The translations under genes and the position numbers were made by a program. 64,000 bases of DNA from Eledone cirrhosa (Eukaryota), in the NCBI GenBank assembly GCA_964016885.1, contig OZ024757.1:24056001-24120000 (forward strand), read 5' to 3'. Within the stretch, counting starts at the first letter, position 1, and every line of letters begins with the position of its first letter. The notes beneath the pieces were generated by a model. The model made no database searches. It saw only the letters and a program-made list of their open reading frames with translations, and was not told the DNA's origin. Positions 28,702 through 42,250 of the stretch are shown in pieces.

Positions 28702-28926
28702 GTGTGTATGTAGACACACACACACACACACATATCTATCTCTCTCTCTCTCTCTATATATATATACATATGTGTGTGTATGTAGACACACACACACACA
28801 CACACACATATCTATCTATCTCTCTCTATATATATGTGTGTGTATGTAGACACACACACACACACATATCTATCTCTCTCTCTATATATATATATGTGTG
28901 TGTATGTAGACACACACACACACATA

Positions 28927-28963
<37 letters not shown>

Positions 28964-29050
28964 GTGTATGTAGACACACACACACATCTATCGCTCTCTC
29001 TATATATATATGTGTGTGTATGTAGACACACACACACACACACATATCTA

Positions 29051-29081
<31 letters not shown>

Positions 29082-29226
29082 GTGTATATAGACACACACA
29101 CATATCTATCTCTCTCTCTATATATATATGTGTGTATGTAGACACACACACACACACACACACACATATATCTCTCTCTCTATATATATATATATGTGTG
29201 TGTATGTAAACACACACACACACATA

Positions 29227-29265
<39 letters not shown>

Positions 29266-29358
29266 GTGTGTATGTAAACACACACACACACACATATCTC
29301 TCTCTCTCTATATATATATATATGTGTGTGTATGTAAACACACACACACACACACATA

Positions 29359-29393
<35 letters not shown>

Positions 29394-29432
29394 GTGTGTA
29401 TGTAAACACACACACACACACACATATCTCTA

Positions 29433-29479
<47 letters not shown>

Positions 29480-29500
29480 ATGCACATACACACACATATA
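26800..29500. repeat. Microsatellite complex upstream of IF gene B: GA-rich tract, (GT)n block, (CA)n block, then compound (CA)(TC)(TA)(TG) units
   Basis: Read directly; anchor GTGTATGTAGACACAC recurs about every 60 bp in 28140-29470. Confidence 0.95.
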
Positions 29501-29620
29501 TATTGAATGTGGTAGGGTCCGTGGTAGGGTCCGTACAGTAGATGGAACTTAATGTAATCCGATAGACGGATAAGAATAGGTAAAATAACTTATTTTCATT
29601 GCGAAATTGATATCTAATAT

Positions 29621-29681
<61 letters not shown>

Positions 29682-29685
<4 letters not shown>

Positions 29686-29866
29686 CATGTTTAACCCCGA
29701 CGGCAGAGCTCAAGCCTTTTCGACGGCTATATCTGGAGTCCAGAAATAGCCGTCGAAACAGCTTGGGCCCTGCCGTCGGGGGTCATACATTTTCCTATTA
29801 CCCACTCTAGTATTGAGTACTCTGGTGCGTTATGGTCTATCTGGTTCCTTGCCACACTTCCTTCGT

Positions 29867-29868
<2 letters not shown>
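29682..29868 (+). mobile_element. Family X, copy 5
   Basis: Hairpin GACGGCTAT.TCTGGA-G-TCCAGAAATAGCCGTC-GAAAC...GCC-GTC plus tail, in (TA)n. Confidence 0.75.
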
Positions 29869-29904
<36 letters not shown>

Positions 29905-30069
29905 GTTTAATATAGAGCTGGCTTCTACAGGACTAGAACTGTTTCACCCGAAGGAAACCATTACTTACTGTGGTTACGCCCGGTTGAACCCGAGATTCAC
30001 AGACACACACGCACAGATGGTCACAACGATTTTATGAATTTACCAGAAATACAAAACAAAGATAAACTC

Positions 30070-30133
<64 letters not shown>

Positions 30134-30594
30134 TTGTCTATATGGTGGACGAGGTTGAGAGGACTGAGGACAGATGCCTTTCTCTCCGGACAACAATTGA
30201 TTCCCTTCTTTAAGTATCACTTTAGAAGGAGAATCAGGGTGGAGAGAGAGGCACTGCACCCCAGTAAATTTACTGAAAGGTGGGTGAATGAAGCGAAAAT
30301 GGCCCGAGTGATTGGGCCTTCTCTGTTTATAAGCCTGTAGGTTGAGGAAGAGAGCAAAAGGAAGAAAGGAGCACTTGCACAACACGCTCCTCGAGTTGAG
30401 GGTTGTTCTATCGACGGGGTATTAAACAACCCATTTGTGGCGCCTCCCCCCTATTGGGGATTTCGATTGTTGAAATTGTTTGTTTTTATATTTTTTACAC
30501 GACTGTATGTAAAATCCCCGGCATGTCTTTGTATTGTCCCCTTTCTTGTTGCGCCCTTGTGGCTAATAAAGAAATCTATCTATTTGTCTATCTG

Positions 30595-30647
<53 letters not shown>

Positions 30648-30875
30648 ATATCTTGTACTCCTGGAGATGAGGGTTGCACATATTTTCGGGAGTATGTGTT
30701 ACCCATATGAACTGTCTCCCTCTATTAGGGAAAATCGACTAATTTTTTAAATTGCATTTGTGATAACATTTTACACGTTTTTATTGTATGTAAACTTCCC
30801 CCTTCTGTATTTGTCCCCTTCTTTTGTGCCCCTGTGGCTAATAAAGAAACATAACTATCTATCTATCTATCTATA

Positions 30876-30936
<61 letters not shown>

Positions 30937-31632
30937 GTTTGTCTCTTTCTTTATCTATCTGTCTATCACTCGGGCCATTTTCGCCGCATTCACTCACCTT
31001 TCTGTAAATTTACTGCTACTCCCCAGTAAATTCGCTGAAAGGTGAGTGAACGTAGAGAAAATGGCTCGAGTGGTTGGGCCTTCTCTGTATATAAACCTGT
31101 AGGTTGAGGAAGACGAGAACACCTACAAAGCATGCTCCTGGTGTTGAGGGTTGTTCTATCTATGGGGTGTAAAACAACCACGCAGTAACGATCCCCCCTT
31201 TTGGGGGATTTTGATTGTTAATGTTTTGATATATAGTTTATTGTTATTTATTAATGATTAAGTTTATACGATTTTTATGTAAAACCCTCGCCACGTCTTG
31301 TAATAAAGATATCTATCTATCTATTTTCTCTGTATATAAACCTGTAGGTTAAAGAAGAGAGCAAAAGGAAGAAAGGAGCACTTGCACAACACGCTCCTGA
31401 AGTCGAGGGTTGTTCTATCTACGGGGTATTAAACAACACATTTGTGGCGCCTACCCCCTATTGGGGATTTCGACTGTTATATTTGTTTGTTTTATATTTT
31501 TACACAATTGTATGTAAAATCCCCGGCATGTCTTTGTTTTGTCCCCTTTTCTTGGGCGCCCTTCTGGCTAATAAAGAAATATATCTATCTATCTATCTAT
31601 CTGCCGTGCGCCCTTGTGGCTAATAAAGAAAT
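30134..31632 (+). mobile_element. Cluster of 5'-truncated L1/Tx1-like LINE 3' ends separated by (TATC)n
   Basis: IWWTRLRGLRTDAFLSGQQLIPFFKYHFRRRIRVEREALHPSKFTERWV resembles the Tx1 ORF2 C-terminus; five pieces end in TAATAAAGA(A/T)A followed by TCTA(TCTA)n. Confidence 0.65.
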
Positions 31633-31879
31633 CTATCTGCCGATCTAGTTAATAATTCAATAGTCAAACTACGAAACATATTTACTGGGTGGGGGTATCT
31701 ACACACGCACACGCGCGCGCGCGCGCACATCTTAGTGGTTAGAGCGTCGGATTCACAATCATGAGGTTGTGAATTCGATTCCCGAGCCGGGTGATGCGTT
31801 GTGTCCTCGAGCAAGACAACCTTCCACGGACTTGTGCATCGTAGGAGAGATTTATAGATACAAATCCCATGGTCATTCG

Positions 31880-31911
31880 TGATCGAAAGGGTCTTTGTAT
31901 ACACACACACA

Positions 31912-31960
<49 letters not shown>

Positions 31961-32016
31961 GGACACACACTCACACAAGGACACACACTCACACACAGAC
32001 GCACACACACACAAGG

Positions 32017-32047
<31 letters not shown>

Positions 32048-32270
32048 AGGACACATACTCACACACACACACACACACATACACACACACAGACACACAC
32101 ACAAAGACACACATCCACACAGATACACACACTCAGACACACTCACACAGACATACACACACACACACACACAAGGAAACACACACACACACACACAAGG
32201 ACACACACACGCACAGACACACACAAGTACACACTTTCAGACATACACACACACTCAGACATACACACAT
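31880..32270. repeat. (CA)n compound microsatellite
   Basis: Read directly. Confidence 0.95.
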
Positions 32271-32945
32271 GTATAGAGACAGAGTAAAAGAGAAAATATA
32301 CGGCAGCACTTCGGTGATACATTGAGCTGTCAATAGGGTTACAGGGGAGACAACTCACAGCGTCCATTTCTTCAGAATTTGAGGCGTGTTGAGCAGGAAA
32401 ATAGCATACAATATGTTGGTATACGAGTAGGGCCCTAGAGAATAGAGGGTGAGGTGTTGTATAGCACACACTATGTTGATACACGAGTGGGCCCCTCGCG
32501 GATGGTGGCCGGGGTGGTGGTGGTGTCAAGGAGCTGTATAGCACACAATATGGTAGACTAGTGGGGACTTCGTAACAGGTGGGCGAGGTGCTGTATAGGA
32601 GGCATGTGAAACTGAGGGTGGCCCCGAGGGCCACAATAGTCACATATGTGTTGTCTGAGAGCAACACGACAACTAATTGCGCCCATTACAAATAATAATA
32701 TAAAAAAAAATTAAATATTACGAAGATAAAACATGCTGGAGCTGTAAAAACGTTTGTGCGGGCCGCAGGTGTGGTTGTAAAGGGCCGCATGTGTCACGTG
32801 CCTGCTGTATAGCAGACTGTGTGATGATAACGAGTGGGAACGTCATCACAGGAGGTTGTATATTACTAGGAGGAGTGAGAAATGCTGTGTAGCATACGTG
32901 CACACCTACATACACACATGGGTACATATACATAGGTACATATAC

Positions 32946-33510
32946 ACATGTTGGCTGCCAACTCGTTTTCGAGTACGGCCACTACTTTATATCCATGTAG
33001 GAGAACCCCTACCGATACGCTGAACGAGTGTGACTTTTTAGTCCACCCAGCCACTTGAAAACTCTGGTACAAACACTACACCTGTGACAATTATTGACAC
33101 ATAGTGCTGGGCCCATGGTACCATGTGATGACAAGTGCAGAGAGATCTCCAGATATAAAGCAATGCCTGTGCCGTCAAGCTTTTATAGTGAGCAAAGGCA
33201 CTGCACAAAGCCAGTCCCACTCTCTTAACCAAGATGATATTTACCAAAAAGAAGAACAAGTCAACATCACTGGATACCATCAGGGTTGCAGGTGTTATAT
33301 CAGAGTTTTCCTTCTCATAGAATTCTTCCTTGACAAAGGCTAAGGGGTCATCTCTCCCGGTGATTTTGGATGGCCATTGACTCTTACAAGCTCCTTTGCC
33401 CTTTGACAGGTTTTGTTTTTAGTCCTGCAGGATGACCAAAGTCACCCTCCTCACCAAGAAACCTTGGTGGGGTTGCCAGTTTAGTCGCCATGAGACAGGT
33501 TGTACTGTGA
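32946..33510 (-). mobile_element. 5' UTR-type fragment of an RTE-related retroelement
   Basis: Near-identical inverted copy at 60619-61037; contains CTAGGAGAAGGAAAACTC-type motif; related to 36507-36937, 51065-51496 and 50530-50627. Confidence 0.55.
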
Positions 33511-33931
33511 TACATATACACATAGATACATATGTACGTACGTATGTATGTGTGTACATACATATACATATATACACATAGGTACATATACATGCATATA
33601 CACATAGATACATATGTACGTACGTACGTATGTATGTGTGAACATACATATACATATATATACATACATATATATGTATATATGTAATTTCAATATGAAT
33701 GAGGAATGGCATATTTTATATTATATATATATATATGTATATATAAACATATATATATGTATATATGTATATATAAACATATATGTATATATCGATATAT
33801 ATATATATAAACATATGTATACGTATACATATATATGTATGTGTGTATATATAAGTTTATGTATACATATATGTGTATGTATATATATATATACACATAT
33901 ATCTATATCTCTCTCTCTCTCTCTCTCTCTA

Positions 33932-33975
<44 letters not shown>

Positions 33976-34595
33976 CATGTATGTATACATATATATATAT
34001 ACACTATATATGTATAATATATATATATAAACATATATATAATGTGTGTGTGCATATATCTATGTATATATCTATGTATATATATATATGTATATGTATA
34101 TATCTATGTATATGTATATATCTATGTATATGTATATATCTATGTATATATCTATGTATATGTATGTATATTAAATATCGATGAGGAAGGTCATATAATG
34201 AGAAAGAATATATAATTATATTTTGATTGACAGATGTGATCACACATACATACATTTTTACATATATACACATATACATATATGGATATGCCTACACACA
34301 TACACACGCGTACATGCATATATAAATACAAGTATACACACATATACGCAGATACACACACACACAATTACACGTTTTTTTACATGAAAACTGTTCGCAA
34401 CTTGGCATCTTTCTATCTTATATTTCACGTGTGAATGTTGTTGTTGCCATTATTTATGTCTTTTGTTGTTGTTTAGCCCCAGGTCAGACTGGGATCAAGT
34501 ATATATCAATGATGGTTGGCAAATCACTGACGAAGGACTAATTTTATCATATGTTACCCATGTGCAACCACGCAGTATTCTTCTTTCTTCTCATG

Positions 34596-34656
<61 letters not shown>

Positions 34657-34781
34657 TCCAAATTGTTCCAGTGAGATTTGGCTGTTGTTTTTAGCATATT
34701 GTGCAGCCACATAGAAGATCTCTTGTTCTTGTTGCTTAATGAGGGCCGGCAGAGAATGAATAGTTGACATCACCTGCGATG

Positions 34782-34831
<50 letters not shown>

Positions 34832-35372
34832 AATTAGTATATCTACCAACATATATATACAGATGCATACCTATGCTAGCAAATATATAGGTTTTGTCTT
34901 AGTAACTTTGTGGTTCAATGCAAGGGGATGCAGAACAATTATATGAAAGACGTAAAATAAATAGATATACTAATTCTTTATAATTACCTCCAAATTATTT
35001 TGTTGAGCAAAAATTTGCCAAAACTGCTACTATAGTTCGGCTACTGTCTTCTTAACACCCCACTCCTCACTGATTAACCTCGATGCCACGTGATTGATTC
35101 TTTTGAATTTGCCACCGACCAAGTAGGCAGTGATTTTTTCAATGTCTTGGAATTTAGTCCTCGCTTGCTTTTTTCCATCCACTGAATTATTTTTGTATAA
35201 GTTCCCTGTGTCCACGCATCGCCTGGGAACTTAGCTGAGAATTGAGTGCCTGATGACGAAAGGCATTCTCCATGTTGTCAAATTCGGAAACCATGTTTAT
35301 TCCCTTTCAGAAACTAATTAGTTGGAGTGAAATTTTAGTAAGTTAATTTTTATAATTTTCTTATTGTACGTC

Positions 35373-35430
<58 letters not shown>

Positions 35431-35433
<3 letters not shown>

Positions 35434-35716
35434 GAGGTTATATTTAATTTGTTTGGGATTCAACAAGCTTAAAAATGTTTATAACTGATATAAAGCACTC
35501 AACAGTTTAGTGGAGTAAATACACAATATATTAATAAATGTAAACTATATTTATAAAACCATATTTATTTTATTATATATATTTCAAGGGCGACCAAGGT
35601 AAATTATGGTGCGCTTTCATCTGATGAAAGCGCACCGTAATTTACCTTGGTCGCCCTTGAAATATATATAATATAATAAATATGGTTTTATAAATATAGT
35701 TTACATTTATTAATAT

Positions 35717-35720
<4 letters not shown>
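35431..35720 (-). mobile_element. Fold-back mini-element (near-perfect 197-bp palindrome plus tail)
   Basis: Palindrome 35524-35720 centred on 35622, tail 35431-35523, (TA)n on both sides. Related fragment at ~59085-59150. Confidence 0.68.
35621..35678 (+). ncRNA. Hammerhead motif lacking the 5' strand of helix I, at a palindrome apex
   Basis: CTGATGA (35621-27), imperfect helix II AAGCGCACC/GGTCGCCCTT, GAAA (35659-62), TATATA, TA. The helix I 5' strand is replaced by the fold-back arm. Confidence 0.55.
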
Positions 35721-35762
<42 letters not shown>

Positions 35763-35765
<3 letters not shown>

Positions 35766-36017
35766 CGAAGGAAGTGTGGTAAGGAACCAGATCGACCATA
35801 ACGCACTAGAGTACTCAATACTTAGCGTAGTAGAATGGGTAATAGGAAAATGTATAACCCCGACGACAGAGCTCAAGCTGTTTCGACGGCTATTTCTAGA
35901 CTAAATTAGAATTTTTTTACTCCGCTAGAATTTATTACTACGCTAACAAATTCTAATTTAGTCTAGAAATAGCCGTCGAAACGGCTTGAGCTCTGCCGTC
36001 GGGGTTTTATATATTTT

Positions 36018-36020
<3 letters not shown>
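35763..36020 (-). mobile_element. Family X, copy 6 (longest stem)
   Basis: Same family with extended stem GACGGCTATTTCTAGACTAAATTAGAATT / AATTCTAATTTAGTCTAGAAATAGCCGTC; (TA)n flanks. Confidence 0.75.
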
Positions 36021-36066
<46 letters not shown>

Positions 36067-36229
36067 TATAAAACGAAAAATCAGTGATGCATCTGAACTC
36101 AATTTATTGTGTGTTACAATTGTTTCGCCGGCGGACAGCTCGAGACGCGATCATTGTGTGAATCTGTCTGATTCTGGATCCGCAGGTTCGACGGACACTT
36201 CTAAAGATTTCGGAGCAAATTCTTTCACT

Positions 36230-36460
36230 GAGCAGTAACAAAAATCACAACCATCTCCAAACTGCTCGCTTTGACTGGAATAAAGAAGACTGGAACTCTT
36301 ACTACACCGAGCTACAACGCATAAACTGGCTTGAATTTTACGACTCTGGAGATGTGAACACTATACTTCAGAACATCCTGAACTCAATATGGACAGTATG
36401 TGCAACATCAGTGCCATCTCAAAAAGTGCAATTTGGGAGACTGCAGCGGTCCGACTTTCC
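36230..36460 (+). mobile_element. CR1/L2-group LINE internal fragment
   Basis: Frame reads RFDWNKEDWNSYYTELQRINWLEFYDSGDVNTILQNILNSIWTVCATSVP, resembling the post-endonuclease segment of LINE ORF2. Confidence 0.5.
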
Positions 36461-36506
36461 AGGAATAAAAACTGCATAAACCAGATATCAATAGGAAACC
36501 CGATCT

Positions 36507-36937
36507 ATATGTGAGCAAAAACGACTCTTTCAATTTTGTTGTCGAACCTTGTAGAAATGATAGCTGTATCAGTTTACTTGGTGGGGAGAGTGATTTTGGA
36601 CACCCTGCAGGACAAAAAACAAAACCTGACAAAAGGCGGAAGAACTAATAAGAGTCAACGGCCATCCAAAAATGTATATAGATGTATATACATGTATGCA
36701 TGTGTATATATGTATACATTTGTATGTACATGCACGGGAAAATAGAAATAATCGGGGTGGATACCCGATCACGCGGTTAAACCACTGGGAGTGAAGGACC
36801 TCTAGCCTTTGTCAGGGCATTCTTCTAGGAGAAGGCAACTCAAGAAACTGGGATAACTCCGATATGAAACCTGCGGCTCAGTAGTTACCGATGATGTTGA
36901 TCTTTTCTTCTTTTCGGGTTATAGCTACTGTCGCTCA
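36507..36937 (+). repeat. ~430-bp dispersed repeat, inverted near-identical copy at 51065-51496
   Basis: Identical 69-aa pseudo-ORF MLSNLVEMIAVSVYLVGRV... on + (36536) and - (51467). Confidence 0.9.
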
Positions 36938-36939
36938 GG

Positions 36940-37155
36940 AGTGTTCTGAGTGTTCAGGGAGTGTTCTGAGCAAAAAGAATTTCAAATTTTCAATGCGCTA
37001 GGGACCGCATTAGGCGATTTAGCGATCTCTCTCTATAATTCTTAGTTTTTCTCTTTTTAGATAGATACATACTTATAACGTCACACCCTTATAATATCTG
37101 TCTGTATGTCTGGCTGTCTGCATTACGTCACTTCCCTGAGGATGTTTGTGTGAGT

Positions 37156-37186
<31 letters not shown>

Positions 37187-37775
37187 CGTGTGTTTGTGAG
37201 TTTGAATTCCTAAAACTCGAGAAGTACGCAACCGATTTTTTTCAAACTTGACATGTGTATTATTTATGTTTCAGGGAGTTCTTTGATCTCCTGGAGCCCG
37301 CATTAGGTGAAAAACTGCGTTTTCTTAAGCTTTTTAGGGTTTTTTGAGGCGTTACGTCAGACTGATTTCCTTGAAATTGTAACTATGTATTAGACAGTCT
37401 CTTATTCATACGGTGAGCAAAGAAAATCCAACTTTTTTTATGGCCTAGGGCCCGCAATAGGTGAAAAACTTCATTTTTTCAGCTTTTTGGGGCTTTTAAG
37501 GGCTTTATGGAGGCTTTACGATTTTCCCGAAATTTCAAGGCATATTATGCTCATAAAAACAATTTATTTTCTTGATCCTCTAGAGCCCGCATTAAGGGAA
37601 AACCTGCATTTTTCCTGCTTCATCGAGGAAAATCTTAAAGATGATCCAGCCATCAGAGTATTCGGTTTATTTTCTTTACATATTGTCCAGGCATGCAGTT
37701 TTTCCACGATTAGGTCTATTGGCGGCCCGCGTTCCAAAATACCTTATCCCGTGCAACGCCGGGTACCACTGCTAG
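36940..37775 (+). mobile_element. Non-autonomous Helitron-like element
   Basis: Ends CCCGTGCAACGCCGGG-TACCACTG-CTAG|T (37772-75); internal GAGCCCGCATTA-type subrepeats. Confidence 0.62.
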
Positions 37776-37789
37776 TATATATATACGTT

Positions 37790-37795
37790 TGAGTA

Positions 37796-37851
<56 letters not shown>

Positions 37852-38009
37852 GTATGAGTATGCTATATATATATATATACACACACGTATGAGTATGGTA
37901 TATATATATATATATATATACACACACGTATGAGTATGGTATATATATATATATATACACACACGTATGAGTATGCTATATATACATATATATATATACA
38001 CGTATGAGT

Positions 38010-38048
<39 letters not shown>

Positions 38049-38165
38049 GTATGAGTATGATATATATATATATACGTATGAGTATGATGTATATATATAT
38101 ACGTATGAGTATGATATATATATATATACGTATGAGTATGATATATATATATATACGTATGAGTA

Positions 38166-38196
<31 letters not shown>

Positions 38197-38365
38197 CGTA
38201 TGAGTATGATATATATATATATATACGTATGAGTATGATATATATATATATATATACGTATGAGTATGATATATATATATATATATATATATATACGTAT
38301 GAGTATGATATATATATATATATACGTATGAGTATGATATATATATATATATATACGTATGAGTA

Positions 38366-38398
<33 letters not shown>
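37790..38398. repeat. Minisatellite ACGTATGAGTATGA(TA)n
   Basis: Fixed ~14-bp anchor with variable-length TA spacers, about 17 units. Confidence 0.95.
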
Positions 38399-38402
<4 letters not shown>

Positions 38403-39152
38403 GTGCAGAGGACCTACGTAGACTGGGGAGGAACGAAGCTTGCATGCTTCGTTGGATATGTAATAGTAATATACGTGAACGGCAAAGCATAAATGAACTA
38501 AGTGAGAAATTAGGAATAAGAGGGATCAGATGCTGTTTACTTGAGAGAAGACTACATTGGTATGGTCATGTGATGTGCATGAAAGACGACAGCTGTATAA
38601 AATAGTGTAGGGTGATCAAAATAGACGGTAGCTACGGAGTAGGCAGACCCAGAAAAACCTGGGATGATCCGATAAATTCCGACCTTACACACTTACACCT
38701 CTCCAAGACAATGTCACTGGATCGAGATCTTTGGCGCTACGCAGTAATACAGAAGACCCGCCTTGCCTAAGTGCAAAGCGAAACCTACAGTCAGTAGACA
38801 CCTCTTAACCAAAATACACCCTCGTCTCACTACCCCTACCCCATCTACACCACCCTTTTCGATGTAAAGCTATGTTGGTACCACAACATCCAGTCCTAAA
38901 TAAATGAGGTCGTGTAGGTGTCATGACAAAAAAACACACAGTCCACGCTGTAATGTGGCCGTGTGGGTAACACGGTAAAAACCTCCCAGTCAACACTGTA
39001 AACGGGGTTGGTGTTAGGAAGGGCATCCAGCCGTAGAAAACCCGCCAGACAGTCCTGAGCAAGACAACCAATCTTGCCTCAAGTGGGACAATTCCCGTCC
39101 AGACCCATGCTAGCGTGGAAGATGGACGTTAAACGATGATGATGATGATGAT
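38399..39152 (+). mobile_element. 3' part of an RTE/BovB-like LINE, same family as 10370-14031
   Basis: [33 protein letters not shown]; 3' UTR AGGAAGGGCATCCAGCCGTAGAAA; (GAT)n tail. Confidence 0.85.
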
Positions 39153-39179
39153 ATATATATATGTGTGTGTTTGTATGTA

Positions 39180-39385
39180 TACCAGCTGAGATATTATCCA
39201 ACCATCTATCTCGGGTTCTCCATCCAATTGATATTGCCCGTAGGATCTCTCCAACGATTCTTTCCTGAAACATTCAGACCACATGTCCGTAGTATCGAAG
39301 TTTGTGATCTCTGAATTCGGAGAAGTAGCGGCTTTACTTTGAGCGACTCTCTGATCTCCGAGCTACGCACTCTATCGCATCTGGG
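39180..39385 (-). mobile_element. RTE LINE fragment, same family as 62160-62890
   Basis: DRVRSSEIRESLKVKPLLLRIQRSQ. Confidence 0.7.
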
Positions 39386-39399
39386 CATTTTTGGAAATA

Positions 39400-39800
39400 T
39401 TCTTCATTGCCGCTTCTCTTGGCCACCTAATCTTACAAACTGGTTGGCCCCCATGTTTGTGGCAATGGCCAGCAAAGTGTAATTGTGACTGTCTAATGGC
39501 ATCTGACATCCATGACTGTCCTTGGTATAGCTCTCTGCTGGTTATATGATCTCTCCAACTGATGTTAAAACTTCTTTTAAATAGCTTAGTATAAAATCCA
39601 TCTATCTTTATTTCTAAGTTTCATGTTATGGTCCAAGTTTCCAGTTTCCAACTTAGTCGCTTCTGCTACAAAACCCGATACCACGGCCCACAATGCTGAG
39701 GACATGAAGACAAGCAAATACCGGGGCTTTTCTGGCTGCTTCTTCTTTGGACCAGTTGCCGTCGAGACCTCAAACGTCTTCAGACCCTGTACAACTGACA
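39400..39800 (+). mobile_element. Decayed C-terminal restriction-like endonuclease region of a CRE/R2-group LINE
   Basis: AHNAEDMKTSKY...FFFGPVAVETSNVF resembles the AE..K..KY ... F.P.AVET.G motif. Confidence 0.45.
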
Positions 39801-40577
39801 TCCTCAATAAAAATCGGGTGCAACGAAAACTTTCTTTCGTTGCCTAATAATCCTTGCTTTCCCCCCTCTTTTTCCTCTCGTTTATAGCATCTATAGTATT
39901 TTCCAATACTAGTTTCTCTTTCTATATGTTTGACTAAATATTAACTTCTTTGTTATTTTTATTTAATTTTATCCTAGGAATATATTTGACACTTTTGAAA
40001 TCAAGAAATTGGAAATGATAAACATAAATAAACATTCTGAATGATTTTGTACATTTGTGCACAGGTAAGTCAATGAATTTTTAATACAACAGCATGTTTC
40101 CATTTTATTTCATACTTTCACAAGTAATTTCGTGTTTTCTTGCGCATTCGTCAGGGGTGTGATGACATCGCCACGTTACTTCGGTGAATATTAGTATGGC
40201 GATGATATCTAGGTGGTGTTAATGTAGTCAAATGTAGATTATCTTTTAAGAGTTTTCATGGTTTATATTTTATAACTGGGTATGTTATTTTTTTTTTATT
40301 CCCTGCATAGGTGGAAGGGAGATAATCCAAGAGATCAATAACATTGAGTGTTTTTTACTTGACAGGCAAACAAATGTCAATTGAGGTAAATTGTACATAA
40401 GAACTATGTTATTTATATTACAAACAGTGGCATATTGCTGGGGAGAGATGCAACTGCACCGCAAGAAAAATTGGTGTCGGAAATTTCTTATATTTTAGAA
40501 AAATATTGTATACTTGACTCGTTTATTTTAATTACACAAAGCATAATAAAATATGTATAATAAAGATGCCATAATAA

Positions 40578-41075
40578 GTGTTTCTACTTTTGGCACAAGG
40601 CCAGCAATTACCCCAGTGCATTACTGGTACTTTATTTTATCGACCCCGTAAGGATGAAAGGCAAAGTTAACCTCGGCGGGATTTGAACTCAGAATGGCAA
40701 GGGCCGTAACTCTATACGTCAAAGCATGGCGTCCGACCCTCTACCCATACTGCCAATCCATCGCCCTTCGTGTCATAATAATGATTGGTCTGCATAAAAC
40801 ATTTTGTCGGAAAATTAGTCTACCCCCCACAAAATATGAGGAGCAATGTGATTCTAGTTAGAGGCAGCAGCTTAATTGAACAACAATGATTTTAGTAAAC
40901 CTATAAAATAATCATGTAGGTGACGAATTGACAGAGTCGTTAGAACGCCGGATAAGATGCTTTGCGGCATTCGTTCCGACTCTCTGCTCTCTGAGTTCAA
41001 ATCCCACCGAGGTCAACGTTGCCTTTCATCCATTCGAGGTCGATAAAGAAGTACCAGTCTAGTACTGGGGTCGAT
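40578..41075. mobile_element. Two divergently oriented SINEs (40578-40766 minus; 40918-41075 plus, older subfamily)
   Basis: Family 1 boxes and core on opposite strands. Confidence 0.75.
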
Positions 41076-41247
41076 TCTTCCTCTATATCTATTTCTCACT
41101 TTCACTCTCTCGCTCTCCCTATCCTTCTCTGGAAGACATCTGCTGTATTCAGACGTGGAGAGGGGGTGTGCTCCGTCAGGTTTTAAAATGCCCTAGAAAC
41201 GCCGTATGTCGATATGGTGCCCATATGACACCCTCAGGAGTTACGGG

Positions 41248-41545
41248 TAGCGGCGTGCAGAACTCTGGTGATGCCCGGGACAAATCTTGATTGTATGCCC
41301 CAAAGACTCAAGTATACGGCCTAATATACTGAGAAATATTATAAGAAAGGAAAATATTTTGAATATATAAACACAGATGAAACATGAAATAAACGCTTTA
41401 TTCGATTTTAATATAAATCAATCAAATTTAATAAGTTTTTTGCCCCAAAGTTATTAAGTTCTTACCCCCAAATGTTGCCCCCATCTAAAGGATGCCCCGG
41501 GACAACGCACCGTCTCCCCCGCCCTCGCCCCTCTGCACGCTACTG
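41248..41545. mobile_element. hAT-like MITE
   Basis: TIRs TAGCGGCGTGCAG / CTGCACGCTACTG; 8-bp TSD GTTACGGG / GTTATGGG. Confidence 0.65.
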
Positions 41546-41929
41546 GTTATGGGTCCATATGTACGAAAAGTAATCTAAGTTAATAGGAATGACAAAATAT
41601 ATCAGTTTAAGCATATTGAAATAAATTAAATGGAATCAGTTTAAGTATACATTCGTATCTGGTTTGAATTTTTCAATAAAATTCGTTTTTTTAAGTGCGT
41701 TGACGCTAATGCATAAAACCACTGTTATTTGTTAAGGTTAGCGTAACTGGGGCCCATCTTGTACTGATAGTAATAATTTTAATGTTGATAAAACTCACCA
41801 GACAAAGAGAAGCAACTGAGAGTAAACAAGAATTATGTTAGGCGAAAGAAAATAGTTGTACTAAGATCGTACAGGGATATTAATCTTTTCATTGCAGCAT
41901 GTTTTCAAATCACCACGTGGTGGGATCTG

Positions 41930-42250
41930 TCTGACATTAGGGTCCCTAATCTGTTGACTGTGTACTCACATGAATAAAGGAAGCCTTGCTTATATGTAGA
42001 CTCAACCATACGTAGGCTGCGGGATATGTGCACGCAAGTAGCTCTTCGTTGGAGACGTGATGGTACCATCTAATTTTCTTGGTGAATCTCAGACGTCTGC
42101 TACCGGAGCCGCCAGTCCTTAGTGGCATAGTCTTAGTGGAGGACCCCTTTCTTGCTCCATAGGTGAGAATAGGGAGGACCGACACGTCGTAGTTACAGAG
42201 CTTCGTCTTTCGGGAGATAGAGGGGTGGCGCCAAAGGGGCTTCCATAGTG
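41930..42250 (-). mobile_element. RTE LINE fragment
   Basis: LWRHPSISRKTKLCNY..VLPILTYGA..IRWYHHVSNEEL. Confidence 0.7.

Noticed and set aside
37790-38398. CRISPR-like pattern of fixed repeat plus variable spacer
   Set aside because: Spacers are only (TA)n of varying length, the repeat is ~14 bp, the context is eukaryotic and there are no cas genes.
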